A DNA stretch of 33,099 nucleotides from a virus: the IMG/VR virus record IMGVR_UViG_3300045988_127900; one strand, given 5' to 3'. Under the pieces are notes generated by a model. It had not been told where the DNA came from. It saw only the letters and a list, made by a program, of their open reading frames with translations, and searched no databases. Of this stretch, positions 9,417 through 17,448 are shown one piece after another. A program made the position numbers and the translations under genes. The stretch's first letter is position 1, and the number at the start of each line of letters is the position of its first letter.

Positions 9417-10146
9417 TTAAACCCCCTAATTTTAATAAGTCCAGTTTCATCTGAACTCTTTTTTTATTATTATTTTCTTTTTTATTACTAGTCTTATCTA
9501 TTTTATTTTTTAAAGCATGAGGTACTTTATTATACTTATCAAAATAATCGCTCACGCAAGCAGCAACCTCTTTTTTCTCATCAACTTCAAAATTAAAATA
9601 ATTTGATGCTTCTTTACCAGTAAACCAAGTTTCTTCACTTAGCTTTTCTTTTATTTCTTCAATATCAATTTCTTCTTTTAAGTTATCTTGATATACATTT
9701 AAAATACCTTCCTCTATTCTGTCTAAATCCTCTGCCGCCTTAATTAATTTATCTGAATTATAAGCACCACATAAACCTATCCAAGGCTTATGAATCATAA
9801 AATAGGCATTTTGAGGGATTACAACTCTATCACCTGCTAAAGCTATAACACTCGCAATACTCGCTGCAATACCATCTACATAAACAGTTTTAAATCCTTC
9901 GTGCCTTTTTAGCATATTATATATTGCCATACCTGCAAATACAGAACCACCACCGGAATTGATATAAATATTTAAATCTTTTCCCTGTTCTTGTGCTAAA
10001 AAATCTTTTATTGCAAGTGGATACTGGTCTTCTTCTGTCCAGGCATCCCACTCATCACAGACAATATCACCATAGAAAAACAAATCTGCATTTGTTTCTG
10101 TAGAGCTTTTAACTTTTAAAAATTCTTTCAAATTATCACTAGCCAT
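9409..10146 (-). CDS. ClpP-family (S14) prohead protease
   Basis: INSGGGSVFAGMAIYNML, DGIAASIASVIALAGD and FMIHKPW are ClpP-like Ser/His motifs. Confidence 0.85.
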   Translation of the reverse strand: MASDNLKEFLKVKSSTETNADLFFYGDIVCDEWDAWTEEDQYPLAIKDFLAQEQGKDLNIYINSGGGSVFAGMAIYNMLKRHEGFKTVYVDGIAASIASVIALAGDRVVIPQNAYFMIHKPWIGLCGAYNSDKLIKAAEDLDRIEEGILNVYQDNLKEEIDIEEIKEKLSEETWFTGKEASNYFNFEVDEKKEVAACVSDYFDKYNKVPHALKNKIDKTSNKKENNNKKRVQMKLDLLKLGGLND

Positions 10147-10151
10147 TTAAT

Positions 10152-11306
10152 TTAATCACCCCCTTCCACAATAGCAGTATCTAATCGGCGAACTGGCTTG
10201 TCTCCGCCCTCTATTGGCGAAAGGTTCATTATCTTACGCCATTCGTTCGGAGCAAGCGAACCCCTATCAACCATTTGAACCAAATTCAATTTAGTAGACA
10301 TACTTGCATACTGTAAATTAGAAGCTTCAAAAATAATTTCATTTCCAAAACTTCTTTCTTTTCTAGTAAATAATTTTTGCGTATATTCTTTAGATAGTTG
10401 CAATCCTACTGGCTCAATTTCAGACTCATAATAAGCATTCCATTCGTCTTCGGTATATTTACTTTGAATTATTTTCTCATTTGTATTAAAAAACGAATAT
10501 AATCTTTGTGTAGTTTTGTCCATCTGTGCGGCGTTAGGAACATAACTCTCAGCTTTAACCTGTTCAGCATCATATTTTGAATCAGTTGCGGCAGCTCCGC
10601 CTGCTTCCGAGTCTATTTGTAAGTAATTTTTTTCAAACTCTTTGACCTCTTTTTTAATATCGTCAGGTCGAAGTGATGTTTTAAATTTTAATAACCATTT
10701 GATTGTGTTGCTGTTTTTAATAGCCTTCACGACTCCCTGGTCTGTTGTATTTACAACTTCCATAAGCGCTTTAAGTACTTTAGTTGGAGGTGTTCCAAAT
10801 AAATCATTTTCGTTAAAATCTTTTCTTAAATGGATTATGTTCGAATATGGATAGGTAACTACTTTTCCATTTCTAAGTAAGAATTTTAAAAACAAAACTC
10901 TATCTTCATAAATAGCTTCAAAATTTAAAGCATTCAAAGGGTAAATTTGAGTTGGTATATTATCATCATCTTTAATAATCACAGCAAAAGCATTGCTATT
11001 AAGCTCTAATTGAGTAACCATCTTCTCTTGAAGTATTTGCCCACTCATAAATGGGTTCGGATTTTCAAGCAAAAATTTAATGTAAGGCTCTGGATTAGTT
11101 TTAAATTCAGTCTCATTACTTCTAATATGTTTAGCTGCCATTTTCCCAACAGCTTTAGCCTTCGGTCGTATAATACTTCTTACAATATCGCTTCTATATA
11201 AATTGCCATGCCAACTATAAAACCCGTTTCCCAAATCTAAAATGAGTTCCATTACAATTCTTTCAGGAGCTTCTTTATTTTTCTTCTTAGATTTAAATAT
11301 GTTCAT
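10152..11306 (-). CDS. Portal protein, HK97 family
   Basis: 384 aa. Lies between the large terminase and the prohead protease. Confidence 0.85.
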   Translation of the reverse strand: MNIFKSKKKNKEAPERIVMELILDLGNGFYSWHGNLYRSDIVRSIIRPKAKAVGKMAAKHIRSNETEFKTNPEPYIKFLLENPNPFMSGQILQEKMVTQLELNSNAFAVIIKDDDNIPTQIYPLNALNFEAIYEDRVLFLKFLLRNGKVVTYPYSNIIHLRKDFNENDLFGTPPTKVLKALMEVVNTTDQGVVKAIKNSNTIKWLLKFKTSLRPDDIKKEVKEFEKNYLQIDSEAGGAAATDSKYDAEQVKAESYVPNAAQMDKTTQRLYSFFNTNEKIIQSKYTEDEWNAYYESEIEPVGLQLSKEYTQKLFTRKERSFGNEIIFEASNLQYASMSTKLNLVQMVDRGSLAPNEWRKIMNLSPIEGGDKPVRRLDTAIVEGGD

Positions 11307-11321
11307 TTTTCACCACCTTAC

Positions 11322-12971
11322 TTAAATCATGTTTTCATATTCTGACATTTTTTCTTTTAGAACAACATAGCCTATAATTAAAGTGACACCTCCATCAATG
11401 CGTCGTCTTCTGTCCATACCTTTTATTGGCTGTATATTTCCATTTATATCTGTTTTTATTTCTATATTGCTAAGACACCATTTATCGATAGGGTTATTAT
11501 TATAAATAACTTTATTAGCTTTTAAATCAGCTCTTAACTCTTTCATGGGGGCTGATAAAGTATAAACTCCTTGCCTAACTTTAATCATTGCATCTTTTCC
11601 AAATTCATTCTCATAAGCTAAAAGCAGACTCGAATCTACATGCCAGGGGTCATATCCAATCCAGGGAATATAAATATCATGCTCTTCTTTAATTTCTCTA
11701 AACCATAATAAAAGGTCATATGGATTTATTTTATTTCCTTCGCATACCCTTAATAAACCCTGTTTTTCCCACAAATCGTATGGTATTTTATCTTCATCAA
11801 CTTTTTGCTTTAATCGTTCAGACGGAACCCAATACATAGAAAGTGTATAAATATTATCATCATATCTTTTCTTTAATAAAACTTTAGCAGATGCTAGGTC
11901 TGTAGTTTCAGCTAAGTCAAAACAACCTATGCCATATCTAAATTCCATTTCATTTACATTAAATTTAGTTTCATTGTTTAACTCATCCCACCTCAACCAA
12001 GCAGTCGCAGAGTTTTCTTTCATATTAAAATCTTTTACCATGACAGTAGGCTTAAAACTTGGGTCTGTCTTAGCTTTATTAACACAGTCTCTTAAAAAAT
12101 CAAGTTTTTTTATAGTACCTAAACCTGGATTAGCTTTTATCCAGCATTCTTCTCTATCCCATTCATCCTTGTCGTCTAGCTCATAAATAAAAGCTATAAA
12201 TCTATCATCTTTTATTTTTCCATCTAAAACATTGCAAGCATACTCATATTGTGCATCAAAAATACCCTCTCTCACAAAACCATTTGTGGTAATGCAATTT
12301 AAAAGGGGTTGATTTCTTGCACTCATAGATTGCTTCATTAGGTCGTAAATATCTCTATTTTTTATAGCTGCCAATTCATCTATAGTTACCATATGCGAGT
12401 TTAATCCATCGAGCCCATTACTATTACTAGCAAGTGCCTGTAAAAAACCATAATTAGCGTGAAAATAGAGGTCTGATTTTCTTTTCTTAATATGCTTAGA
12501 TAAAATTTTAGATTGCTGTACCATTTTGTAGCACTCTTTAAACCCTTTTTGTGCCTGTTCGTATTTAGTTGCAATATTATAAACCTCTGGCGACCCTTCA
12601 TTGTCTGCAATTAACATAAATAATTCACCTGCTGCCAATTCTGTAGTCTTACCATTTTTACGACCTCGAATATCAAGTACTTCTTGATATTTTCTAAACC
12701 CAGTCTCTTTATCAACAAAACCGAACACAGCTTGATGTTTAGCCTTTTGAAATAATTCAAGTTTCAAAGGTTCGCCCAACTTACCTTGCGCTTGCTTACA
12801 AAAAGTCTCTATAAACTCGATAGGTCTATTAGCAAGCTCTTCATCAAAAACCCAATTTTCTTTTGGATTATATAGGTCTTGGACAAGCTTTTTGTACACC
12901 TGCTTAATTCTGCTACAAGCAACTATTTCTCCATTTAATATTTTTTGATAATACTCTTCAATGTAGGTCAT
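11322..12971 (-). CDS. Terminase large subunit (Terminase_1-like)
   Basis: 549 aa. ATPase P-loop-like DIRGRKNGKTTE, and TIDELAAI Walker B-like. A C-terminal nuclease-type region is present. Confidence 0.9.
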   Translation of the reverse strand: MTYIEEYYQKILNGEIVACSRIKQVYKKLVQDLYNPKENWVFDEELANRPIEFIETFCKQAQGKLGEPLKLELFQKAKHQAVFGFVDKETGFRKYQEVLDIRGRKNGKTTELAAGELFMLIADNEGSPEVYNIATKYEQAQKGFKECYKMVQQSKILSKHIKKRKSDLYFHANYGFLQALASNSNGLDGLNSHMVTIDELAAIKNRDIYDLMKQSMSARNQPLLNCITTNGFVREGIFDAQYEYACNVLDGKIKDDRFIAFIYELDDKDEWDREECWIKANPGLGTIKKLDFLRDCVNKAKTDPSFKPTVMVKDFNMKENSATAWLRWDELNNETKFNVNEMEFRYGIGCFDLAETTDLASAKVLLKKRYDDNIYTLSMYWVPSERLKQKVDEDKIPYDLWEKQGLLRVCEGNKINPYDLLLWFREIKEEHDIYIPWIGYDPWHVDSSLLLAYENEFGKDAMIKVRQGVYTLSAPMKELRADLKANKVIYNNNPIDKWCLSNIEIKTDINGNIQPIKGMDRRRRIDGGVTLIIGYVVLKEKMSEYENMI

Positions 12972-13357
12972 TTATTAAGTCTACCTTTTTTTATAAACTT
13001 AATAAGTTCGTCCTCTTCTTCCTGTTTCATATCGCTTGGAATAATATCAATTAGTTGCTTCATGACATTAGAATAAAGTTTCATAAAATTTAAATATATC
13101 TTAACTTGAAGTCTTTCCCTTTCAAATTCCTGCTTGCCTTGCTTGAAAATTTCAGTCAAACCCTCTTTTGTCAAAATTTCTCTAGTTTCTTCTAAAGATA
13201 TTTTTAAAAAAGCTGCTTCATTTACTAACCCATCCAAAATTTTAACTTTTTCTTTTTCTAAATCTTTATAGTTTTTCTTTAATCTGCTTACCTCTTGTTT
13301 TATCTTTTTTTCTTTCTCTAATTGTTCGTAAATTATTTTAAATAACCCCCCTCCCAT
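12968..13357 (-). CDS. Putative terminase small subunit
   Basis: 129 aa. 4-nt overlap with TerL. Lies between the HNH gene/cos-like region and TerL. Weak RBS. Confidence 0.5.
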   Translation of the reverse strand: MGGGLFKIIYEQLEKEKKIKQEVSRLKKNYKDLEKEKVKILDGLVNEAAFLKISLEETREILTKEGLTEIFKQGKQEFERERLQVKIYLNFMKLYSNVMKQLIDIIPSDMKQEEEDELIKFIKKGRLNK

Positions 13358-13454
13358 TCTGATTTTTTCATGCGGAGGAAAATTGATGTGGGGACATCGG
13401 TATTTGAAATCAGCCCCCAGGGTCGTTTTTAAGGGGGGGATATACTATTTTTTT
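13358..13454. other. Candidate cos/packaging-recognition region
   Basis: A locally GC-rich island in a very AT-rich genome, with G and C runs (CCCCCCTCCC, GGGG, CCCCC, GGGGGGG). Contains inverted repeat CTGATTT...AAATCAG. Lies between the HNH and TerS genes. Confidence 0.4.
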
Positions 13455-13748
13455 CTAAATCGAAATCAATTCCCCTTTTTCATTAAATTTTAACCCTGTT
13501 CTAGTAATGTCTTTCTTACTCTTATGTTTTTTACTATGACAGTCTTTACATAGCAATATTAAATTCTCCTCACCTAAAGTTATCTCAACATCATGTATAT
13601 TAGCAGGAGTTAAATATTTTATATGATGCACTTCTTCTCCTAGCTTCCCACACTCAGCACACAAGCCTAGATATTTCTTAATAATTGATTGCCTACACTC
13701 CTTCCAAGCTTTGCTATTATAAAAGCTTCGACTAAACTCTCTAGCCAT
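13455..13748 (-). CDS. HNH endonuclease (terminase-associated)
   Basis: CAECGK...EVHHIKYL...LCKDCHSKKH gives a zinc-finger HNH signature. Adjacent to the terminase genes. Confidence 0.85.
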   Translation of the reverse strand: MAREFSRSFYNSKAWKECRQSIIKKYLGLCAECGKLGEEVHHIKYLTPANIHDVEITLGEENLILLCKDCHSKKHKSKKDITRTGLKFNEKGELISI

Positions 13749-13963
13749 TATATAAGCACTCCCTCACACTCTACCTCATTAAGCTTACTTAAAAACTTAT
13801 CAATCAAAAGCTCCATAGTTGCCACATCCCTCTTATACTCTTCTTTTTCATCAAAAGCATATGGGAAGTTTTTATAAGCTTTGCCTAAGTTGCGAGAAAC
13901 TTTTAAATCTAATACTGAAATAATCAGTTTAATCTCTTTATCATCCAACTCTATTTTCTTCAT
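13748..13963 (-). CDS. Hypothetical protein, first gene of the late operon
   Basis: 71 aa. ATG overlaps the HNH start region by 1 nt. GAGGTG RBS upstream. Confidence 0.5.
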   Translation of the reverse strand: MKKIELDDKEIKLIISVLDLKVSRNLGKAYKNFPYAFDEKEEYKRDVATMELLIDKFLSKLNEVECEGVLI

Positions 13964-14159
13964 AAAACACCTCTTTTTCTATACGAACATTATTAAAAAC
14001 TAATTAAATATAGTTCGTATTTCTTCATTTGAACGTCTTATTTTCTTAGAGAACCAGACATTCAATCTATTTTTTTCTTACTTCTTATATAGTGATTTTG
14101 ATACCTTGAATATCACTACACCAAATTTTTAGACATTCAAACAGACAAATAAAAAAATA

Positions 14160-14720
14160 TCACCTTACAAAGTCGTCTAATGACTCACTGTAATGATGAT
14201 ACAATTCTTTATCTAAACCTAAATACATTTTTGTTTCTTCTATCGAAGAGTGACCCAACAATTCTTTAACTGCAACAATATCTTTTTCGCTATCAATATA
14301 AATTTTATAAGCATAAGTTTTCCTCATGCTATGTGCTGTTATATCATATAAACCAAAATATTCTCCTGCTTCTTTTAAAGCTTTGCTAACAGCTTCAACA
14401 CCAATGTGAGGATATTTTCTTTTTCTCGATGGAAACATGTATTCATAGTCATGCTTATCTTTTATATATTTCTTTAAAATTTGCGCAATCCTAGGTCTTA
14501 TTTCTACTGTACGAGGTTTTCTGTTCTTTTCCCTAATGTTTTTACTATTAGCTTTTTTACCTTCCATAATAGTAAATTCTTGTCTTTTTAAAGCTTCCCT
14601 TACGTCTCTAACTTTTAGTTTAACTAAATCTCCTGCTCTATATCCTGTTGTTATCCCTAGCATAAAAATCACATAGTTTCTATAACTTTTATATCTTAGA
14701 TATTCTTGAATATCTAGCAC
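14160..14720 (-). CDS. Short tyrosine recombinase (catalytic domain only); candidate multimer-resolution enzyme
   Basis: GYRAGDL (Arg I), HSMRKTYA (H-x-x-R), LLGHSS and TKMYLG (Tyr). The reading frame continues upstream to 14763 without a canonical start (see findings). Confidence 0.8.
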   Translation of the reverse strand: MLDIQEYLRYKSYRNYVIFMLGITTGYRAGDLVKLKVRDVREALKRQEFTIMEGKKANSKNIREKNRKPRTVEIRPRIAQILKKYIKDKHDYEYMFPSRKRKYPHIGVEAVSKALKEAGEYFGLYDITAHSMRKTYAYKIYIDSEKDIVAVKELLGHSSIEETKMYLGLDKELYHHYSESLDDFVR

Positions 14721-14791
14721 TTCTTGTGTACGCCTGATAGGCTTCGATGCTCTTTTTACTCCTAATCAAAATACCCCCTTTCAAAAGAGAA

Positions 14792-14824
14792 TAAAAAAAG
14801 CTCATGAGTTTTTTCTCACAAGCT
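14792..14824 (-). terminator. Rho-independent terminator after the sigma-like gene
   Basis: Minus-strand AGCTTGTGAG-AAAAAA-CTCATGAGCT (8 of 10 positions pair) followed by TTTTTTTAT. Confidence 0.5.
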
Positions 14825-14907
14825 TTTGAAGTAGAAACATATTTAATTTTCCACAATACAATTATAACATGTAACAAAAGTTTTGTGTTGACCTTTTTTA
14901 GTCCTTT

Positions 14908-15375
14908 TTATTCCCTATCTTTTTTCGCTTTTTCTCCATACTTCATCAATACAATTTTCCTCAAAGCGTCCGTATATTTCCTCTGAACGACCGTTTTAGA
15001 AATCATTAATAATTCAGAAATTTCCCCGTAGGAATTTATTTTTGAGTCAAAATGTCTAAGACTTATAATCTCCTGTTCTTCTTCGCTCAATCTTTTCGTG
15101 TAAATATTAATCATTTCTATTCTACTATCTATAATTTCAATTTCAGTCTCTTTTATATAAATTTTCTCCTGTGAATTTATAATCATATCATCTATACTAT
15201 AACTTCCGGAGCGCACTGGAAAACCAAGTTCATTAAAATTAATACTACTAAGCTTTTCATTCTTTTTAAGAAATTCTATTTCATCATTTAAAACTTCTTT
15301 TCTTACTCTAAGTTCTCTAACTTCATCTAAAAGTTTTATAACTTCATCAATGTACTCTTTTTTCAATTCAACCAA
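14908..15375 (-). CDS. Sigma-70 region-4-like / ArpU-RinA-type late transcription regulator, paralog 2
   Basis: The C-terminus LSEEEQEIISLRHF...YGEISELLMISKTVVQRKYTDALRKI resembles a sigma region 4 HTH. Clear paralog of ORF 15477-15938. Confidence 0.6.
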   Translation of the reverse strand: MVELKKEYIDEVIKLLDEVRELRVRKEVLNDEIEFLKKNEKLSSINFNELGFPVRSGSYSIDDMIINSQEKIYIKETEIEIIDSRIEMINIYTKRLSEEEQEIISLRHFDSKINSYGEISELLMISKTVVQRKYTDALRKIVLMKYGEKAKKDRE

Positions 15376-15476
15376 TCAACTCACCCTCTTCCTTTTTTAG
15401 CAATAAAAAAGCCTATCTAACATACTTTCTTTAGAAACGAAGTATAAAAATAGTCTTTTTTCTGTAAAAATAATGT

Positions 15477-15938
15477 TTACTCCAAAGCTTCATCACCATA
15501 TATCATTAAAGCTATTTTATTAATAGCAATAGCTTTTTTGTTATAAAGACTACTTCTATCATAATTTAATTCCCTTGCCATTTTTGTAATAGGCATTTTC
15601 CCATCCCAGCTATAAAAGTATACTAGTTCTATAATTTTTTGTTCTATCTCTGATAGCTCTTTTAAATAAATATTATAAAACTCTAGCTTTCGCTCTATAA
15701 TTTCAATTTCAGTTTCTTTGTTGTAGATAACATCCTCTATTGTTATAACCATGTCATCTATACTTTTTACACTTTTTTGCACTTTAAACCCCAATTCTTC
15801 ATAATTAATTTCTCTATAGTTTTCTTTGTGTTTAAGAATTGCTATTTCTTTTTTTAATACTCTTAACTTTCTATATTCATCTCCTAACATTTTTAATATA
15901 TTTTCAACTTTGTCAATATACTCTTTTTTTATTTTCAT
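15477..15938 (-). CDS. Sigma-70 region-4-like / ArpU-RinA-type late transcription regulator, paralog 1
   Basis: LSEIEQKIIELVYF...ITKMARELNYDRSSLYNKKAIAINKI. Shares KKEYIDKV, SIDDM and KETEIEIIE blocks with the neighbouring ORF. Confidence 0.6.
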   Translation of the reverse strand: MKIKKEYIDKVENILKMLGDEYRKLRVLKKEIAILKHKENYREINYEELGFKVQKSVKSIDDMVITIEDVIYNKETEIEIIERKLEFYNIYLKELSEIEQKIIELVYFYSWDGKMPITKMARELNYDRSSLYNKKAIAINKIALMIYGDEALE

Positions 15939-16185
15939 TTTTGCACCTCTTACACTTTTTGTTATAAATACCTAACTAATCCTTAAATTAAGGTTTGGGG
16001 ACTAGTTAGATACTTTTTAGCATTTCCAACCCTTATGTATTATTCAAAATGTTCTGGATTTTTATTTTGTTTTTTTGTTATAAAACTTCATTTTTTTAAG
16101 TTCAAATAAAATCTATTAATATAAATTATTTCTATCTTATCTGTTTAATAATTAAAGTAAATACCACTTATTCATACCTTTAACT

Positions 16186-16446
16186 TTAATCTATTTTTTC
16201 TAGCTTCCATTTTCTTCTTCTAAGTTTTTTGTTATGCTCTTTCAACCCTTCGCTTATGTTATGTATACCAATTATTTTAAATAAAGTGAGAATTGCTTGA
16301 AAAACATCTAAACCTTCTTCTAATATTTTCTTATTATCATCTAACGCAATAGCTTCTTTAAGTTCTAAAATTTCTTCCAATATCTTTTCAAATTGTTTTT
16401 GAACTGTCCAGCTCTCCGGCACATTAGCAATCATTTTAAAATTCAT
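16186..16446 (-). CDS. MazG-like all-alpha nucleotide pyrophosphohydrolase (small form)
   Basis: 86 aa. LEEILELKEAI ... ILEEGLDVFQAIL gives the paired E-x-x-E / E-x-x-D helices typical of MazG-type NTP-PPases. Confidence 0.5.
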   Translation of the reverse strand: MNFKMIANVPESWTVQKQFEKILEEILELKEAIALDDNKKILEEGLDVFQAILTLFKIIGIHNISEGLKEHNKKLRRRKWKLEKID

Positions 16447-16588
16447 CTTTGAACCTCTCTTTCTTCAAACTTTTTTCTCTTTTGCTTTTGCATTTATTAG
16501 AACAATATGCAATTTTACCATTATCATCAGAAAAAAATGCTTTTCCACACCAACCACAGATTTTTAAAACTTTCCCTTTCTTATCCAT
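16436..16588 (-). CDS. Small zinc-ribbon protein (50 aa, not in ORF track)
   Basis: MDKKGKVLKICGWCGKAFFSDDNGKIAYCSNKCKSKREKSLKKERFKDEF. CxxC...CxxxC pattern. AAAGGA RBS. Overlaps both neighbouring genes. Confidence 0.5.
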   Translation of the reverse strand: MDKKGKVLKICGWCGKAFFSDDNGKIAYCSNKCKSKREKSLKKERFKDEF

Positions 16589-16830
16589 TTTGCCACATCC
16601 TTTTCTAAATCCCAAAACGGAGCTGTTTCTCTATTTCTTTCAGCAGTTAAAACATTAACTATTCTATAGTTTTTAAGTTCTTTTTTTCTTTCAAGCTCCC
16701 TAATCCATTCATAAAATTTGCATCTATATTCAAGCGTATAAACATAATCGGGTAAATCATTATACTTAACTAATAAACTATCAAATTTTTCTAATGCTTG
16801 AGTAACATTCATTTTATTCATTTCTAACAC
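16564..16830 (-). CDS. Hypothetical early protein
   Basis: 88 aa ORF in the tightly packed early leftward operon. Confidence 0.5.
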   Translation of the reverse strand: MLEMNKMNVTQALEKFDSLLVKYNDLPDYVYTLEYRCKFYEWIRELERKKELKNYRIVNVLTAERNRETAPFWDLEKDVAKWIRKGKF

Positions 16831-16842
16831 TTCCTTCTTTCA

Positions 16843-17175
16843 TTATTTATTCCTACAAGGAAATTCTTTTATTTTTTCTTCTCTATCAATTCTAAGTAAT
16901 ATTTCAGTTGCTTTTTTATTCTTTATCCGAAGACTTTTAGTTTTGTTAAAAATACTGATAGCTTTTCTAAAATCTTTATCAAACAATTTCTCAATTATTG
17001 AATTATAAAATTCATTTTCTGTTATAGTCATTCCTAGATTCATATACAAACTTGCTTTAGATAAATGTTGTTCAGAAAGTTCCTCAAGGTTTCTTTTTAA
17101 TTCTTCTTCTTTTATCTCTAAGTCTTTTCTAAGCTTTAACAATTCTTCAGTTCTTACAAGCTTATAACCCAACAT
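16843..17175 (-). CDS. Hypothetical coiled-coil early protein
   Basis: 110 aa, heptad-rich. Confidence 0.5.
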   Translation of the reverse strand: MLGYKLVRTEELLKLRKDLEIKEEELKRNLEELSEQHLSKASLYMNLGMTITENEFYNSIIEKLFDKDFRKAISIFNKTKSLRIKNKKATEILLRIDREEKIKEFPCRNK

Positions 17176-17176
17176 A

Positions 17177-17338
17177 TCAAAACACCCCTTCGCATTTTTC
17201 TTTTTCTTCTAACTCTCTACAAGCCATATTAAACAATTCTCCTTTAGCCTTGTTTTGATATTTCTTTTTTAGTTCCATTTGTCTACTTCTAATAAAATCA
17301 GCTTTTTCCAATATACTCATTTCTGAAATTTTTTTCAT
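17177..17338 (-). CDS. Small hypothetical protein (53 aa, not in ORF track)
   Basis: MKKISEMSILEKADFIRSRQMELKKKYQNKAKGELFNMACRELEEKEKCEGVF. AAGGAG RBS 8 nt upstream. The stop abuts the next ATG. Confidence 0.5.
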   Translation of the reverse strand: MKKISEMSILEKADFIRSRQMELKKKYQNKAKGELFNMACRELEEKEKCEGVF

Positions 17339-17448
17339 TTGTTTTACTCCTTGTTACATATGTTAAGATACTTATTTTAACTAATTTGACACTATTAAAA
17401 ACGCACTTGACGACTAACATTGTTACTTTTCGTTTCTAGTCTTTGTAA

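Noticed and set aside
3283-12610. Minus-strand nested ORFs 3283-3465 and 12401-12610
   Set aside because: They lie out of frame inside the tape measure and large terminase genes. They are Cys/Phe-rich or basic junk with no RBS.
81-13877. Plus-strand ORFs of 60-160 aa inside the late operon (for example 81-293, 1338-1664, 2887-3369, 3565-3972, 4759-5160, 9145-9420 and 11929-12186)
   Set aside because: All lie antisense to long, well-supported structural genes. They have no RBS and translate to low-complexity Ser/Phe/Leu/Ile-rich strings typical of shadow frames in AT-rich DNA.
14160-14720. The tyrosine recombinase as the prophage integrase
   Set aside because: At 186 aa it lacks the arm-binding and core-binding domains of phage integrases. 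The element also carries partition and addiction functions. Dimer resolution or a regulatory role is more likely, though integration cannot be formally excluded.
14689-14877. 62-aa ORF overlapping the recombinase start
   Set aside because: Its N-terminal two-thirds covers a terminator hairpin and has no coding character. Only its TTG-proximal part is of interest, as a possible displaced recombinase start (see findings).
16449-16658. Plus-strand 69-aa ORF
   Set aside because: It is antisense to the zinc-ribbon ORF and to ORF 16564-16830, and it has no RBS. The minus-strand reading gives a clean CxxC...CxxxC protein instead.
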